Source: an uncultured cyanobacterium (lineage in GTDB: Bacteria; Cyanobacteriota; Cyanobacteriia; PCC-9006; JAAUQQ01). Taken from it: a DNA stretch of 64,000 nt. Positions 9,179 through 19,576 of the stretch are shown here, piece after piece. Every line of letters begins with the position of its first letter. Within the stretch, counting starts at the first letter, position 1. The DNA is taken from positions 4,000,001-4,064,000 of the forward strand of contig OY970368.1 of NCBI GenBank assembly GCA_963718615.1, given 5' to 3'. The notes below the pieces were generated by a model. The model was not told where the DNA came from. It was given only the letters and a program-made list of their open reading frames with translations, and did no database searches. A program made the translations under genes and the position numbers.

Positions 9179-11146
9179 TTAAGGTAAATTGGCGATCACC
9201 ACCGGCTCAATCGCTTCGGCAACCTTAAAGCCAAAGACTTTGGCATAAAAGTAAAGCTCACCATCCAGGGTTCGCTTAATATTTTCAGCCTTGCGAAAGC
9301 CGTGCTGCTCGCCAGGAAACGCTACATAGGCAACGGGCAGTCCTTTTGATTGCAAAACCTCAACCATGCGCTCGGTTTGGTTCGGCGGCACCACCTTGTC
9401 ATCCAGACCCTGGAAGAAAATGACTGGACAGGAGAGGTGCTCGGCATGGTGAATGGGCGATCGCGCCTCATACAGGGCCTTATTCTCAGGATAAGGACCC
9501 ACCAAGCTATCGAGATAGCGCGCTTCAAATTTGTGGGTGTCTTCCGCCAACGCCGTCAAGTCGCTGACGCCATAGCGGCTGGCCCCAGCTTTGAAGACGT
9601 CGTAAAACGTCAGGGCACAAAGGGTGGTGTAGCCGCCTGCGCTGCCGCCGTGGATCGTGAGGCGATCGCCATCCACATCCCCCCGTTCGACCAAATAGCG
9701 CGCGCCATTGACACAGTCTTCCACATCCGCCACGCCCCACTGGCCCTTGAGGGCATCCCGATAGGCACGACCATAGCCGGTACTGCCGCGATAGTTTACA
9801 TCTAGCACCGCAAAGCCTCGACTGGTCCAATACTGAATGCTAAGGTTCAGGCAACTCCGAGCCGCTGCGGTGGGTCCGCCGTGGCTTTTAACCAGTAGAG
9901 GCGGGCGTTCGCGATCCTGGGCCAGATAATCACGATTTTGCGGCGGATAATAAATTCCGTGGGCGACCTGGCCCCCGGTGGTAGGAAACGTAATCAGTTC
10001 CGGTCGGGAGAGATAGCCAGGGTCAAGGGTTAGCTCGCTGGAAGAATGGAGAACCGAGAGCGATCGCGTCGCCAGATCCAACTGAACAATTTCCGTCTGT
10101 CCCGTGGCCGAGCCCGCAATAAAGACAGCCCGTTCCGAATTTGCCTGCATGTCGCTGATTTCGGTATAGGGGCTCTCTAAGGTTTCGAGCTTGCCCGTAC
10201 GGGTATCAACCAGCGCCAGATACCAGATGCCATTTTGGGTATAGGTGCAGACCATTTGTTCTGCCGTCGCAAAGGCATAGGTGTCCATACAAAACACCCA
10301 GTGGGGTAGGCCAAACTCGGCGGCCATGGGGCAAAGTGCTTCCACCGCGCGACCGTTCCAGCGGTAGAAATTCCACCAGCCCATATCGCGATCGCTCACA
10401 AAATACAACTGTCCATCCGGCGACCACTTCGGCTCCACCACCGATTCCTGCGGTCCACCGGCAATGTGCTGAATATTGCCCAACGAACCATCCACCTGGA
10501 ACGTTCCCACCCAAAGATCGGCCCGGTCCCAGGGCATATCGGGATGATTCCAGCTCACCCAGGCCAGTTGGGTACCATCGGGGCTGAGGCGCGGCGCAGC
10601 ATAAAAATCATCGCCGCTCACCAAAACGGTGCCCCCTGCTTCGTCTCCCTCCCAGGAAACCGCAACTAGCGTATTAATAGGCTCTTGCTCTGCTCGGTGG
10701 TCTTCCCGAACCCCAATCCAACGCCGCCGCTTGGCATCAATTTGGCCATCGGCAAACCGCAGCGATAGCTCCGGCGTCAGGGGCTGAGGCATTTCTCCCG
10801 CTGCCAACCGATAGAGTCGCTGATCATCATTATTAGAAAAGTAGGTCACCCCTTCGTGAATCACAAAGGAACCTCCACCATATTCATGCACCCAGTTACG
10901 AACACTGAACGGGGCCGCATTCACCTCGCGTACAGATCCATCCGGACACTGATGCAACAGGACACTCCGTCCGCCCTCTGCTGGACGCATCTCCAACCAA
11001 TAGGTATCCTGAGCTTCCAGGGCCGTACCAATTAAGCTGACGGTGCTAGCGACGATCAGATCTGCGGTAATCGGAGATTTCCAAGAACCGTAGGGAGCTG
11101 CGATCGCAGGGGTCATTCGATCTGTATGCTCAAGTAGAGTCTTCAT
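9179..11146 (-). CDS. S9 family (prolyl oligopeptidase/acylaminoacyl) peptidase
   Basis: APYGSWKSPITAD N-terminus, HGGPT, GGSAGG serine motif, D..VPP, EQHGFR; the start may be 11116. Confidence 0.93.
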   Translation of the reverse strand: MKTLLEHTDRMTPAIAAPYGSWKSPITADLIVASTVSLIGTALEAQDTYWLEMRPAEGGRSVLLHQCPDGSVREVNAAPFSVRNWVHEYGGGSFVIHEGVTYFSNNDDQRLYRLAAGEMPQPLTPELSLRFADGQIDAKRRRWIGVREDHRAEQEPINTLVAVSWEGDEAGGTVLVSGDDFYAAPRLSPDGTQLAWVSWNHPDMPWDRADLWVGTFQVDGSLGNIQHIAGGPQESVVEPKWSPDGQLYFVSDRDMGWWNFYRWNGRAVEALCPMAAEFGLPHWVFCMDTYAFATAEQMVCTYTQNGIWYLALVDTRTGKLETLESPYTEISDMQANSERAVFIAGSATGQTEIVQLDLATRSLSVLHSSSELTLDPGYLSRPELITFPTTGGQVAHGIYYPPQNRDYLAQDRERPPLLVKSHGGPTAAARSCLNLSIQYWTSRGFAVLDVNYRGSTGYGRAYRDALKGQWGVADVEDCVNGARYLVERGDVDGDRLTIHGGSAGGYTTLCALTFYDVFKAGASRYGVSDLTALAEDTHKFEARYLDSLVGPYPENKALYEARSPIHHAEHLSCPVIFFQGLDDKVVPPNQTERMVEVLQSKGLPVAYVAFPGEQHGFRKAENIKRTLDGELYFYAKVFGFKVAEAIEPVVIANLP

Positions 11147-11616
11147 GCAGGCGCAGTCAACCGCTCTCGATGGACATTTGGAACTTTGTCAGCCGATCGG
11201 TTGTCGATTGAAAAAGCGATCATATCAGGACAACCGACCCAAGGTCGTATCACCCAAATACCGCTCTTCACACAAACGCTGACGGCCATCAATATAGAGC
11301 GAAGGGGTCTGAGCCGACAGGGGGCAGCCTCCTTCCCAAAGCTGACACCCTTTCCCCCCGATCGACTCGCTACTCCTGTGGCCCTGGGGGTCGATAAACA
11401 CTTGACGAATGGTCACACTTCAGCAGCTAGGCGCTTGGGACGAGAATAGGACTCATGCGGGGGGGCGATCGCCCTAGGGTTCTCCGAAATTCCAGCATCG
11501 GAGTCTGTAGCTTCTAAAGAGCCCCGTTACGGGAACGAAACCGAGACCCGCTCAGGGCTTTGGCCTATTCCCAGACGGTGCTCCTCAAAACCCTCTCTGT
11601 TCCTGAGCAGCGTCCC

Positions 11617-11814
11617 ATGACCTTTCCCGATAGTCACTCTCCCGTTCGGGAGATTACGGAGCAAATTCTGGCCAGTCGGCGTATCACGCGAAGCGATCAG
11701 CAGCGGTTGATGGTTACGCTTCTTTCCAAAGAAGCCCTCAGTCACGACGATCGCGTTTTGATCGATCGCATTTTCGATCAACTCCATCGTGGTTTGATCC
11801 ACGTTGTCGACTAG
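11617..11814 (+). CDS. Small conserved cyanobacterial protein (65 aa)
   Basis: EQILASRRITRSDQQRLM...IDRIFDQLHRGLIHVVD pattern; followed by two hairpins. Confidence 0.7.
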   Translation: MTFPDSHSPVREITEQILASRRITRSDQQRLMVTLLSKEALSHDDRVLIDRIFDQLHRGLIHVVD

Positions 11815-11858
11815 GACGGGGGCGGTTTTTACCGCTCTCTCCCTGCGACTTAGCATGA

Positions 11859-11895
11859 TGCGCCCTAGGGATTTTATCCGCCCTGGGGCGTTTTG
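11859..11895 (+). terminator. Rho-independent terminator-like hairpin
   Basis: gcgccctaggg...ccctggggcg followed by TTTT. Confidence 0.5.
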
Positions 11896-12156
11896 CTACG
11901 CTAAAAAATCTTGCTATTCCCAGGATCCACTGCTAGTCTACAGCAGCATCCTTGACAAACCGGCCAAAACCACTATTGCTGGAGCGGTCACTCGATCGAG
12001 GTGTCTTTACAATAGAGAAAAACCAAGGGCATAATCGGTTGCTCTAAAGCTCTAAAGGCCGAAAGCTCCCAAGCCCAAAAGCTCCCAAGCCCAAAAGCCC
12101 AAAAGCCATCTTTCCCGAGAGCACCCCGGAGCCGCTGCCACTCACTGCTTTGCGTT

Positions 12157-13632
12157 ATGACACAGCCCAATCTCATTTCTTTAGCCAAGCAGGGGGACAC
12201 TCGCGCCCTCACGAATTTACTCAACCGTTCGCTACAGGCACGGGGAATTGTGGCCAAGGCCACCCGGCGGGAGGGGACGCTCCATGTACTCCTTGAAGCG
12301 GAGACTCCCCCCAGTCAAGGTGCTTCAGTACGTTGCATTCAACAGGGGCTAGAGAAGCTTGACCTGGTGGATACCCCCGTGACGATCTATGGGCGTCAGC
12401 AGGGGACCACCAAAATTACTTGGCAAGAGCATCTTGATGCGCCCATCAATCAGTTTTCGTCCGATCAGTTTTCGCCTGATCCAGGCAATCCCTTTGAGTC
12501 CTCGATTGATGCGCCGCTGAGCGAGGGCTTTGACAAGCCAGAGCTAACCACGGGTGAACCCACCAAGGCTTCGGTGGATTGGTCGGATCAGGCCACGGCG
12601 ATCGAGTCTATTGAGCCGTTACCAACGCCGCCGCCCCCCCCCGGTGTCATTCCCAATCGCGGAGAATCTACGGCCAATTCTCGGAGTTGGGATGATTTTG
12701 ACTTAAATGAAGCGGGCTACAGTGGTGCTGCACCGGCTTCCATGCCCTCTGATCCGGCCTACGGTGAAGTGGAGGCAGGCTGGGGAGGCGAATTTACCCA
12801 AGAGTATTCGCCTGAATTACTAGAACCGACCCTGATCGTGAATGATGAGGGAGAGGATGAATTAGAAACTCCCCTGAGCGATGAGGATGCGGATAGCGAG
12901 ATTTTGCTTTCCCTCTGGGACGACGCCAACTTGGAAGAGGATGATCTAGAAGACCCTTCCGCTGAGGTTTCGGTGGGTAATCTAAACCTTTGGCAAGGGG
13001 ATAATGCTACGCCTCAAGAGGCTGAGTCCACGGTCTTGTCTGATAATCCCATGGTGGTGGGAGAGCCGAGTGGTCGGAGGAACAAGGGCGATCGCCAACG
13101 CTCTGCCCTCCCCCTTCTACTGTTGGGATTGCTAGCAATTGTGGGCGGTATTGCGGCGGCGGCCTGGCTGAATCCCACTTGGCTGGCCCAGGTGCCAGGG
13201 GTGGGTCCGCTGCTAGCTACGAAGGATGGATCTTCTGGTCAAGAGACCGAACCTTCACCTTCCGACTCGGACGCGCCCCCCGTTGTTCAACAGAAAGCCT
13301 CTCCGCCAACGACAGAGGGATCTGCCAGCAATTCCCCAGAGGGTTCTACCGCCCCTGAGAATCCTGAGCCCCCAACATCCGAGGCGACGCCTGTGCCTGG
13401 GGTTACGGTTGAACCCTTTCGAGATGCGGTCAATGCGGCGATGCAGGCGGCTAATTTAGCCCAAGTGGCGAGCAGCGCAGATGAATGGCGTTTAGTGGCA
13501 GATTTTTGGGAGCAAGCCGTGAAAAATATGCAGGCCGTTCCCGCCGACCACCCACGCTACGAAACGGCACAGCAAAAGATTTCAGAGTACCAGCGCAATC
13601 TCGAATATGCTCAGCAGCGGATGAATAATTAG
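12157..13632 (+). CDS. Hypothetical single-pass membrane protein (conserved N-terminal domain, acidic linker, TM helix, helical C-terminal domain)
   Basis: LAKQGD..ALTNLLNRSL N-terminus; TM LPLLLLGLLAIVGGIAAAAWL; C-terminus FRDAVNAAMQAANLAQ..W..A..YETAQQKISEYQRNL. Confidence 0.75.
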   Translation: MTQPNLISLAKQGDTRALTNLLNRSLQARGIVAKATRREGTLHVLLEAETPPSQGASVRCIQQGLEKLDLVDTPVTIYGRQQGTTKITWQEHLDAPINQFSSDQFSPDPGNPFESSIDAPLSEGFDKPELTTGEPTKASVDWSDQATAIESIEPLPTPPPPPGVIPNRGESTANSRSWDDFDLNEAGYSGAAPASMPSDPAYGEVEAGWGGEFTQEYSPELLEPTLIVNDEGEDELETPLSDEDADSEILLSLWDDANLEEDDLEDPSAEVSVGNLNLWQGDNATPQEAESTVLSDNPMVVGEPSGRRNKGDRQRSALPLLLLGLLAIVGGIAAAAWLNPTWLAQVPGVGPLLATKDGSSGQETEPSPSDSDAPPVVQQKASPPTTEGSASNSPEGSTAPENPEPPTSEATPVPGVTVEPFRDAVNAAMQAANLAQVASSADEWRLVADFWEQAVKNMQAVPADHPRYETAQQKISEYQRNLEYAQQRMNN

Positions 13633-13779
13633 CCGTTCATGAGTCTAACGACTAGAATTCTGCGGCTTTGCAACAAGTCGCAACAGAGGTCTTTGCAATT
13701 CACAATGTTTGCTGAAGCTTCGCTAAAGTTCCGTACGCAGAAAAACAAAGTGTATTTCAATACGTGATAGACTTACCTT

Positions 13780-13805
13780 GGACGATGTTTAACATCGTCC
13801 TTTTT
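13780..13805 (+). terminator. Rho-independent terminator
   Basis: GGACGATG-TTTAA-CATCGTCC followed by TTTTT. Confidence 0.7.
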
Positions 13806-14425
13806 ACATGATTATTTTAAATATTTCATGAGGAATCCCACTTTTAGTTGGCGATCGCCTCCCTCTCTCGTAAGCTAGGGTACGATTACTACTATATTCA
13901 TGGTCCCTCTCCTACCTGATTAAAATTATACATTTTGTTCTAGACGATCCGAATTCTTCCAACGGATTGGGCAGCCAGAGCTTTCCGGTTACACCCAGAA
14001 CTTTGTAGAATCTAGATAATGTAGGGGCGACCTTAAGGGTTGTCGATGGGCGTCGTTCTATTCTTGAGGTCGCTATCTATATTCTGCTTAGTTCAAGATC
14101 ATTATCTTTGTGTTTAATTGGTTTCTGTTCCGTTCGATATCTATTCCAAAGCTTGATATATATGATTCCTCTTATGAATAAATCGGTCCGCATGGCTCAT
14201 TGAACCCTTGGGACATTGGTTCGGCGTACTACGCTGTTAGGACCGGTGTGCTTAGCCTTTTGTGTCTTATTTTGCGGAAGTATTGGCCAAGGTTCACGAT
14301 GAATCTGAGGCTAGGCTTTCATTTTCCTAAATTTTCTCTAAATTCACCTCTTTATATTCCCTGTGAGACCAGACAAACTTGCTCCACTGCGACAAAAACT
14401 GCATCATGTTGCGACGGAAGGTCGA

Positions 14426-14932
14426 ATGACCCGCCTTTCCATTTTTGTGGATGGCAACAATATGTTCTATGCCCAGCAAAAAAATGGCTGGTTTTTTGAC
14501 CCGCGTCGGGTTCTCGAGTATTTTGCTCGGAATGTTGATACCGAATTGATGAATGCTTTTTGGTACACCGGCATCAAGGATCCTCAGGATCAGCGTGGCT
14601 TTCGTGATGCCTTGATCAGTCTGGGCTATACGGTGCGAACCAAAATACTTAAAGAGTATTATGACGATAACTCCGGGCGCTATTCCCAAAAGGCGAATCT
14701 GGATATTGAAATCGTGATTGATATGTTCAACACCGTGAATCAGTATGATGCGGTGGTGTTGTTTAGTGGTGATGGTGATTTTGAACGGGCGATCGAGCTT
14801 TTGCGCTCCAAAAACACCCACATTACAGTGGTTTCAACGGAGGGGATGATTGCCCGAGAACTGAGAAATGTCACCGATCGCTATATCGATCTCAACGATA
14901 TTCGTAAATACATTGAGAAAAGTGAGTACTGA
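14426..14932 (+). CDS. labA: LabA (NYN/DUF88 domain) circadian output/feedback protein
   Basis: RLSIFVDGNNMFYAQQKNGWFFDPRRVL..KANLDIEIVIDMF..SGDGDF. Confidence 0.88.
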   Translation: MTRLSIFVDGNNMFYAQQKNGWFFDPRRVLEYFARNVDTELMNAFWYTGIKDPQDQRGFRDALISLGYTVRTKILKEYYDDNSGRYSQKANLDIEIVIDMFNTVNQYDAVVLFSGDGDFERAIELLRSKNTHITVVSTEGMIARELRNVTDRYIDLNDIRKYIEKSEY

Positions 14933-15752
14933 GTCTGAGACCTATCAAGTGGCAACTTTTTATCAGTTCGTCACTTTGCCGGATTGCCGGGAATGGCAAG
15001 AGCCGCTGTTCCGCTATTGTCAAGCCCAAGAGGTTTGCGGGACGATCCTGTTGGCGGAAGAAGGGATTAATGGGACGATCGCGGGAACCACTTCAGCCGT
15101 TACGGCGGTTTTGGATTATCTGAAGCAAGATCCTCGGTTGGCGATGCTGGGTCACCGAGCCGCAGTGGTTCCTCACCCCCCCTTCCAGCGCCTGAAGGTG
15201 AAGCTCAAATCAGAGATTGTCACGTTTGGCCAGCCCAAGGTGCAGCCTAGTCAACAGGTTGGGACCTATATTGCACCCCAGGATTGGAATCAGTTGATTA
15301 ATGATCCTCAGGTTTTGCTGGTTGATACTCGCAATCACTATGAAGTCGCGATTGGCACGTTTCGTGGGGCAGTCAATCCGGAAACGGCCTCGTTTCGAGA
15401 ATTTGCCCAATATGTTGACCAGTCGTTAGATCCACAGCAGCATCACAAAGTGGCGATGTTTTGTACGGGAGGGATTCGCTGCGAAAAGGCTTCTGCCTAC
15501 TTGCTCCACCAGGGATTTGAGCAGGTTTACCATCTTCAAGGTGGCATTTTGAACTACTTAGAATCAATCCCTGAAGATGAAAGCCTTTGGGAGGGCGAGT
15601 GTTTTGTTTTTGATGAACGGGTTGCGGTTAAGCACGGTTTAGCGCTAGGAAGCTACGGAATGTGCCAAGCCTGTGGCTATCCTCTGTCTGCCGCTGATCA
15701 AGCTTCGGAGCACTATCAACCGGGGCAACATTGTCCCCACTGTATGGATTGA
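14922..15752 (+). CDS. trhO: Rhodanese-domain tRNA uridine(34) hydroxylase TrhO (UPF0176)
   Basis: GTILLAEEGINGTIAG, DTRNHYEVAIGTF, MFCTGGIRCEK, CFVFDERV; the GTG start overlaps the end of labA. Confidence 0.88.
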   Translation: MSTESETYQVATFYQFVTLPDCREWQEPLFRYCQAQEVCGTILLAEEGINGTIAGTTSAVTAVLDYLKQDPRLAMLGHRAAVVPHPPFQRLKVKLKSEIVTFGQPKVQPSQQVGTYIAPQDWNQLINDPQVLLVDTRNHYEVAIGTFRGAVNPETASFREFAQYVDQSLDPQQHHKVAMFCTGGIRCEKASAYLLHQGFEQVYHLQGGILNYLESIPEDESLWEGECFVFDERVAVKHGLALGSYGMCQACGYPLSAADQASEHYQPGQHCPHCMD

Positions 15753-15883
15753 CCACTGTATGGGTTGATAGGAGTATAGAATTCAGACCCAGGAGGTCCA
15801 AATAAAGATTTTTAGCAATGCTCCCCCAACTCTGGCAGGGATGAGAGATGATCGGGATATTTCTGTCTTCAGTTGAAAATCCT

Positions 15884-16426
15884 ATGGTGATGCTCTCCTT
15901 GCGTCGGCTGTTGGCTCTGCTGCTGCTGAGTCTAGTTCTCTTTGTTTCGACGGGTTGTGCGGCGATCGCCCCTCCCAAGCCCCCCTCTCAATTTAGTCAA
16001 GTCCAGGAAGAAACCACTGGACGCAAAGCACCCGATGCGGTTGCAGCGGATGCCCAGAAAGGGGCAAGCTTTAACGCGTTTTTCCCCCGTTCTGTAGCGG
16101 GATATAGCGGCTACGAAATTGTACCGGCTCAAGAAAAGCAAGGCTTTGCAGAGTACAAAGTCAATAATAGTGGGACCAATGTGGCGATGTTGTCGATTAA
16201 CGACACGATTAGTAATCCCGCCGCTGCTGAAAAGTATCAGTCGAGTACGCGAACGATTCAGGGTTATCCAGCGCTCAACATTGGCAACAATGGCACGGGG
16301 GTATTGGTGAGCGATCGCTTCCAAGTGAAAGTGCAATCCCGCGATGCTTCATTTACTGCCGAAGACCGTGATGCCTGGCTGCAAAAATTTGATTTTAAAG
16401 GACTCTCAAAGTTAAGCAAAGGATAA
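15884..16426 (+). CDS. Conserved hypothetical lipoprotein
   Basis: Signal peptide ending STG-C; FNAFFP, QEKQGFAEYK and LSINDT motifs. Confidence 0.7.
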   Translation: MVMLSLRRLLALLLLSLVLFVSTGCAAIAPPKPPSQFSQVQEETTGRKAPDAVAADAQKGASFNAFFPRSVAGYSGYEIVPAQEKQGFAEYKVNNSGTNVAMLSINDTISNPAAAEKYQSSTRTIQGYPALNIGNNGTGVLVSDRFQVKVQSRDASFTAEDRDAWLQKFDFKGLSKLSKG

Positions 16427-16504
16427 ACCCATCGTCATTGATCTTTGGGTTACCGATTTCCCGTTTTGTTCATCCCCATTCCTTGCATTTGACAGGAGCT
16501 GACT

Positions 16505-17395
16505 GTGAGTCAAAAACCGATTTTTACGCTGGTTGATGAGCTGCCCACTGGTGGCTTAACCGTGATGGCGCTGCGGGCCTTAGATTTTGCTGTACCAGGG
16601 CAGTGGAACAATTTGGTTGGCTTTAACCAAACCATTCGCGAGGTTACGGGCGAAACCGATGAAGCGCTAATTCAGTCCATCGGAGAGCGGGCCGTGACTT
16701 TGTTTAACGATAAGTCGGAAGGCTATCAACGGGCTCTGTGGCTGTATCAAACCGTAGATGCGGGCTCCAGTGCTTTGGGGGCAGGCATGTTGGCGAATAA
16801 GGCAACGGAAAATATTTCGTTCCTGGGTCTAATCAACAAGTTGACCCCGAAACCAGAGAAGGCTCAAAGCTTCGACCTGACGGTTAAGTTGGTGGTCGAA
16901 CTAGTCGCATTCTGTCAAATTAACGGAATTCCTGGTAATAGCATTGGCGACTTTCTGGCAGCGGTCAAGGACTATGGCGGTGAGTCGCTTATGCGCATGG
17001 CTGCGCTGATTTGCTATGACGGTTTGGTGCCCCTGGGACCGACCTATGCTGAAAAGGGGTTGCAAACCCTCAAGGCTTCGACGGCTTCGGATCTGGACCA
17101 CAACAAAACCTTCAAAAGCGTCAAGGAACTGATTCCAGGCGATAGTGATAAGGGCAAGTTGTCCTTTGTGACGGAGAGTTTTGAGTCAGTTCAGGATTGG
17201 ATGGTGAAGTTCACAGCGGATAAGGGTCTCACCCAGGATCGGGTTGTTGGTAGTTTGAGTAAGTTTGTAGATCTATCTAAGGACAAGCTGGAGTACCTTG
17301 GCGCATTCTTGGACGTGAGCACAAATTACTATGAGCATACGGGGGTTCAAACCTTGGCTCGGCGACTAGTTGAGCGGGCGGCTGCGGAGGTTTAA
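16505..17395 (+). CDS. Conserved hypothetical protein
   Basis: 296-aa ORF with GGAG ribosome-binding site; KPIFTLVDELP..ALDFAVPGQW..YEHTGVQTLARRLVERA. Confidence 0.75.
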   Translation: MSQKPIFTLVDELPTGGLTVMALRALDFAVPGQWNNLVGFNQTIREVTGETDEALIQSIGERAVTLFNDKSEGYQRALWLYQTVDAGSSALGAGMLANKATENISFLGLINKLTPKPEKAQSFDLTVKLVVELVAFCQINGIPGNSIGDFLAAVKDYGGESLMRMAALICYDGLVPLGPTYAEKGLQTLKASTASDLDHNKTFKSVKELIPGDSDKGKLSFVTESFESVQDWMVKFTADKGLTQDRVVGSLSKFVDLSKDKLEYLGAFLDVSTNYYEHTGVQTLARRLVERAAAEV

Positions 17396-17428
17396 CCTGA
17401 ACCTTTGCTCAAAGCCTATGAGGGTTGG

Positions 17429-17470
17429 TAGCCGTTGACTTTTAGCCGTTGACTTTTAGCCGTTGACTTT
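17429..17470. repeat. 3 x 14-bp perfect tandem repeat TAGCCGTTGACTTT (STRR-like)
   Basis: Directly visible between two convergent genes. Confidence 0.9.
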
Positions 17471-17504
17471 AGGGTACAGAGGCGTAGCAGAATATGCCTC
17501 TACC

Positions 17505-19433
17505 CTAAACCCGCAAACCCAAACTTGCCTCTACAACATCTTCGGTCTCAACGGTATGAAAGGCTTCAAGCTGATTTGTGATCGCAGTTTGGGCGATCGC
17601 CAATCCACAGGCCAAATCAATACTGGCTTGATCCAAACTACCCAAGACCTGGTCGAGGGTCATGGGTTGGTCGATGCCGACTTCGGCTTTCAGCACGGGC
17701 AACTGGTGCAGACCTCGGCTGTGCATGCGTTTGAGGGCCGTGGCGATCGCCTCAGACGCCTGGGCATAGACCAACCGCACCGCAAAGACTTCCCCAATCG
17801 GTCGCAGACTCGCCATGGATTCGGTTCCCACAGCGCTCACTAGGGCACGGTTGATATCCTTGAGTGTCACCACGCCAATAATTTCGGCTTCACGATTGAC
17901 AATCAACGCACTCCGACTTTGCTGCTGCAGCAACGCTTGGCCCGCCGCCATAATGCTGAGGTCCCCATCCAACACCGGCAGGGCATGGGTCATGGCTTCG
18001 CTCACGGGCAGGGTTTGCAGAATTTCTTGCAGCGGTTCGCGCTGCATCTGGACCCCCATCGGTTCCAACGGAGCCTGGTCGGTACTGGGTTGCGCTGTTA
18101 GTTTTTCCACGAGCCAAACGCTGAGCCCCACCGCTGCCATTAGCGGTAGCACGATGCGATAATCACGGGTCATCTCAAATAGCAACAGAATCGCCGTCAG
18201 CGGCGCACGGGCACTTCCGGCCAAGACTGCGGCCATACCAACCATGGCGTAGGCTGGTGGTGCAGCCACGGGGAGGAAGGGAAAGAGGAGGGCGATCGCC
18301 TGCCCATACACCGCCCCCAAACAAGCCCCCAAATACATTGCTGGCGCAAAGCCGCCTCCCACTAAACCACTGCCTAGACAGAGGGAGGTGACAAACAGTT
18401 TTAGACCCAACAAACTGATGAGGAGCTCAACCGGAAAGGGCGTATTGCGCAAAATCGCCTCGACAGTTTCATAGCCAACCCCTAGGATCTGGGGAAATTC
18501 CAGCGCTAGAATCCCCACAATCGCCCCTCCAAACATCGGCTGGAGCCAGCGAGGAATCTGGGCAAGCAAAGTCCAGCCCCCTTCCCCCCGAAAGCTCTGT
18601 TGGGCAAACTGGGTGGCTTGGGTAAAGGCGATGGAAATGCCACTCGCCAGAATTCCCAAACCAATATATAAGGGCAATTCCAACGGGCTGCGGACTTCAT
18701 AGGCCGGCAGCGCCAGGGCCGGTTGTGCTCCAATCCCCATCTGTGCCAGCCAAGCGGCAATCACGGCAGCCAACAGCACCAAGCTCACCGAGGCACTGCT
18801 GAACGTCGCCCCCATGAACACTTCCAGGGCTAAAAACACCCCCGCAACCGGCGCATTAAACCCCGCCGCCAGCCCCGCCGCGACCCCGGCGCTCAGCATT
18901 AATCCCAACCGCTCTTGGGAAACCCGCAGATGCTTGCCCCACCGGACGCCCAAACTTGCACCAATCTCAACGCTTGGCCCTTCAGGTCCTAAGGAGGCTC
19001 CGGTTCCCAGGGAGACGGCTGCTCCAATCAGCTTGGGCCAAGTATGTAGCTCACCGGCGTCTGCCTCTTGCAGCGACGAGAGTCCCGGCCCAAAATCCTG
19101 CCAGCGCCAGCGCATCAGTCCTACTATCAACCCACCCAATGCCGGAATTAGGGCCATGGTCCAGTAGCCAAAACCGGACAGATAACTGCTGAGAGGACCG
19201 TGACTCAGATGATGGATTAAATGGTAGCAATGGTGAAAGAGAACAACGGTGAGACCCGTACTGGCACCGATGACCAAGGCCCAAATGAGTCCCAAACCTT
19301 CGGCGGATCGGAGGCGATCGCCATAGGTCTTAAGTTGCGACTTGAGAGGACGCAAGGGGTTAGACAGGGCTGGAGTGAGACGGAGAATTAGGCGTTGGAC
19401 AGCGGCATGAGACAGCAGTGAGAAGGTGGTCAT
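17505..19433 (-). CDS. ClC chloride channel / H+/Cl- antiporter with a CBS pair
   Basis: GASLGPEGPSVEIG, AAGFNAPVAG, GGGFAPAM, APLTAILLLFEMT; C-terminal CBS domains. Confidence 0.92.
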   Translation of the reverse strand: MTTFSLLSHAAVQRLILRLTPALSNPLRPLKSQLKTYGDRLRSAEGLGLIWALVIGASTGLTVVLFHHCYHLIHHLSHGPLSSYLSGFGYWTMALIPALGGLIVGLMRWRWQDFGPGLSSLQEADAGELHTWPKLIGAAVSLGTGASLGPEGPSVEIGASLGVRWGKHLRVSQERLGLMLSAGVAAGLAAGFNAPVAGVFLALEVFMGATFSSASVSLVLLAAVIAAWLAQMGIGAQPALALPAYEVRSPLELPLYIGLGILASGISIAFTQATQFAQQSFRGEGGWTLLAQIPRWLQPMFGGAIVGILALEFPQILGVGYETVEAILRNTPFPVELLISLLGLKLFVTSLCLGSGLVGGGFAPAMYLGACLGAVYGQAIALLFPFLPVAAPPAYAMVGMAAVLAGSARAPLTAILLLFEMTRDYRIVLPLMAAVGLSVWLVEKLTAQPSTDQAPLEPMGVQMQREPLQEILQTLPVSEAMTHALPVLDGDLSIMAAGQALLQQQSRSALIVNREAEIIGVVTLKDINRALVSAVGTESMASLRPIGEVFAVRLVYAQASEAIATALKRMHSRGLHQLPVLKAEVGIDQPMTLDQVLGSLDQASIDLACGLAIAQTAITNQLEAFHTVETEDVVEASLGLRV

Positions 19434-19576
19434 GGAGGGTGCATCGGGCAGCGGGGAGTGCGGCAAAAAGAGACGATAGTTACATTCTGTGATACTTTTC
19501 TCAGTTTGCCCAGTCCCTCATCCGGGGGGATTTTCACGACTTTTACTGCAGTTCTCTACACATGGGGATAAGGGTC

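Noticed and set aside
17429-17470. Direct repeats as a possible mini-CRISPR
   Set aside because: Contiguous 14-bp units with no spacers
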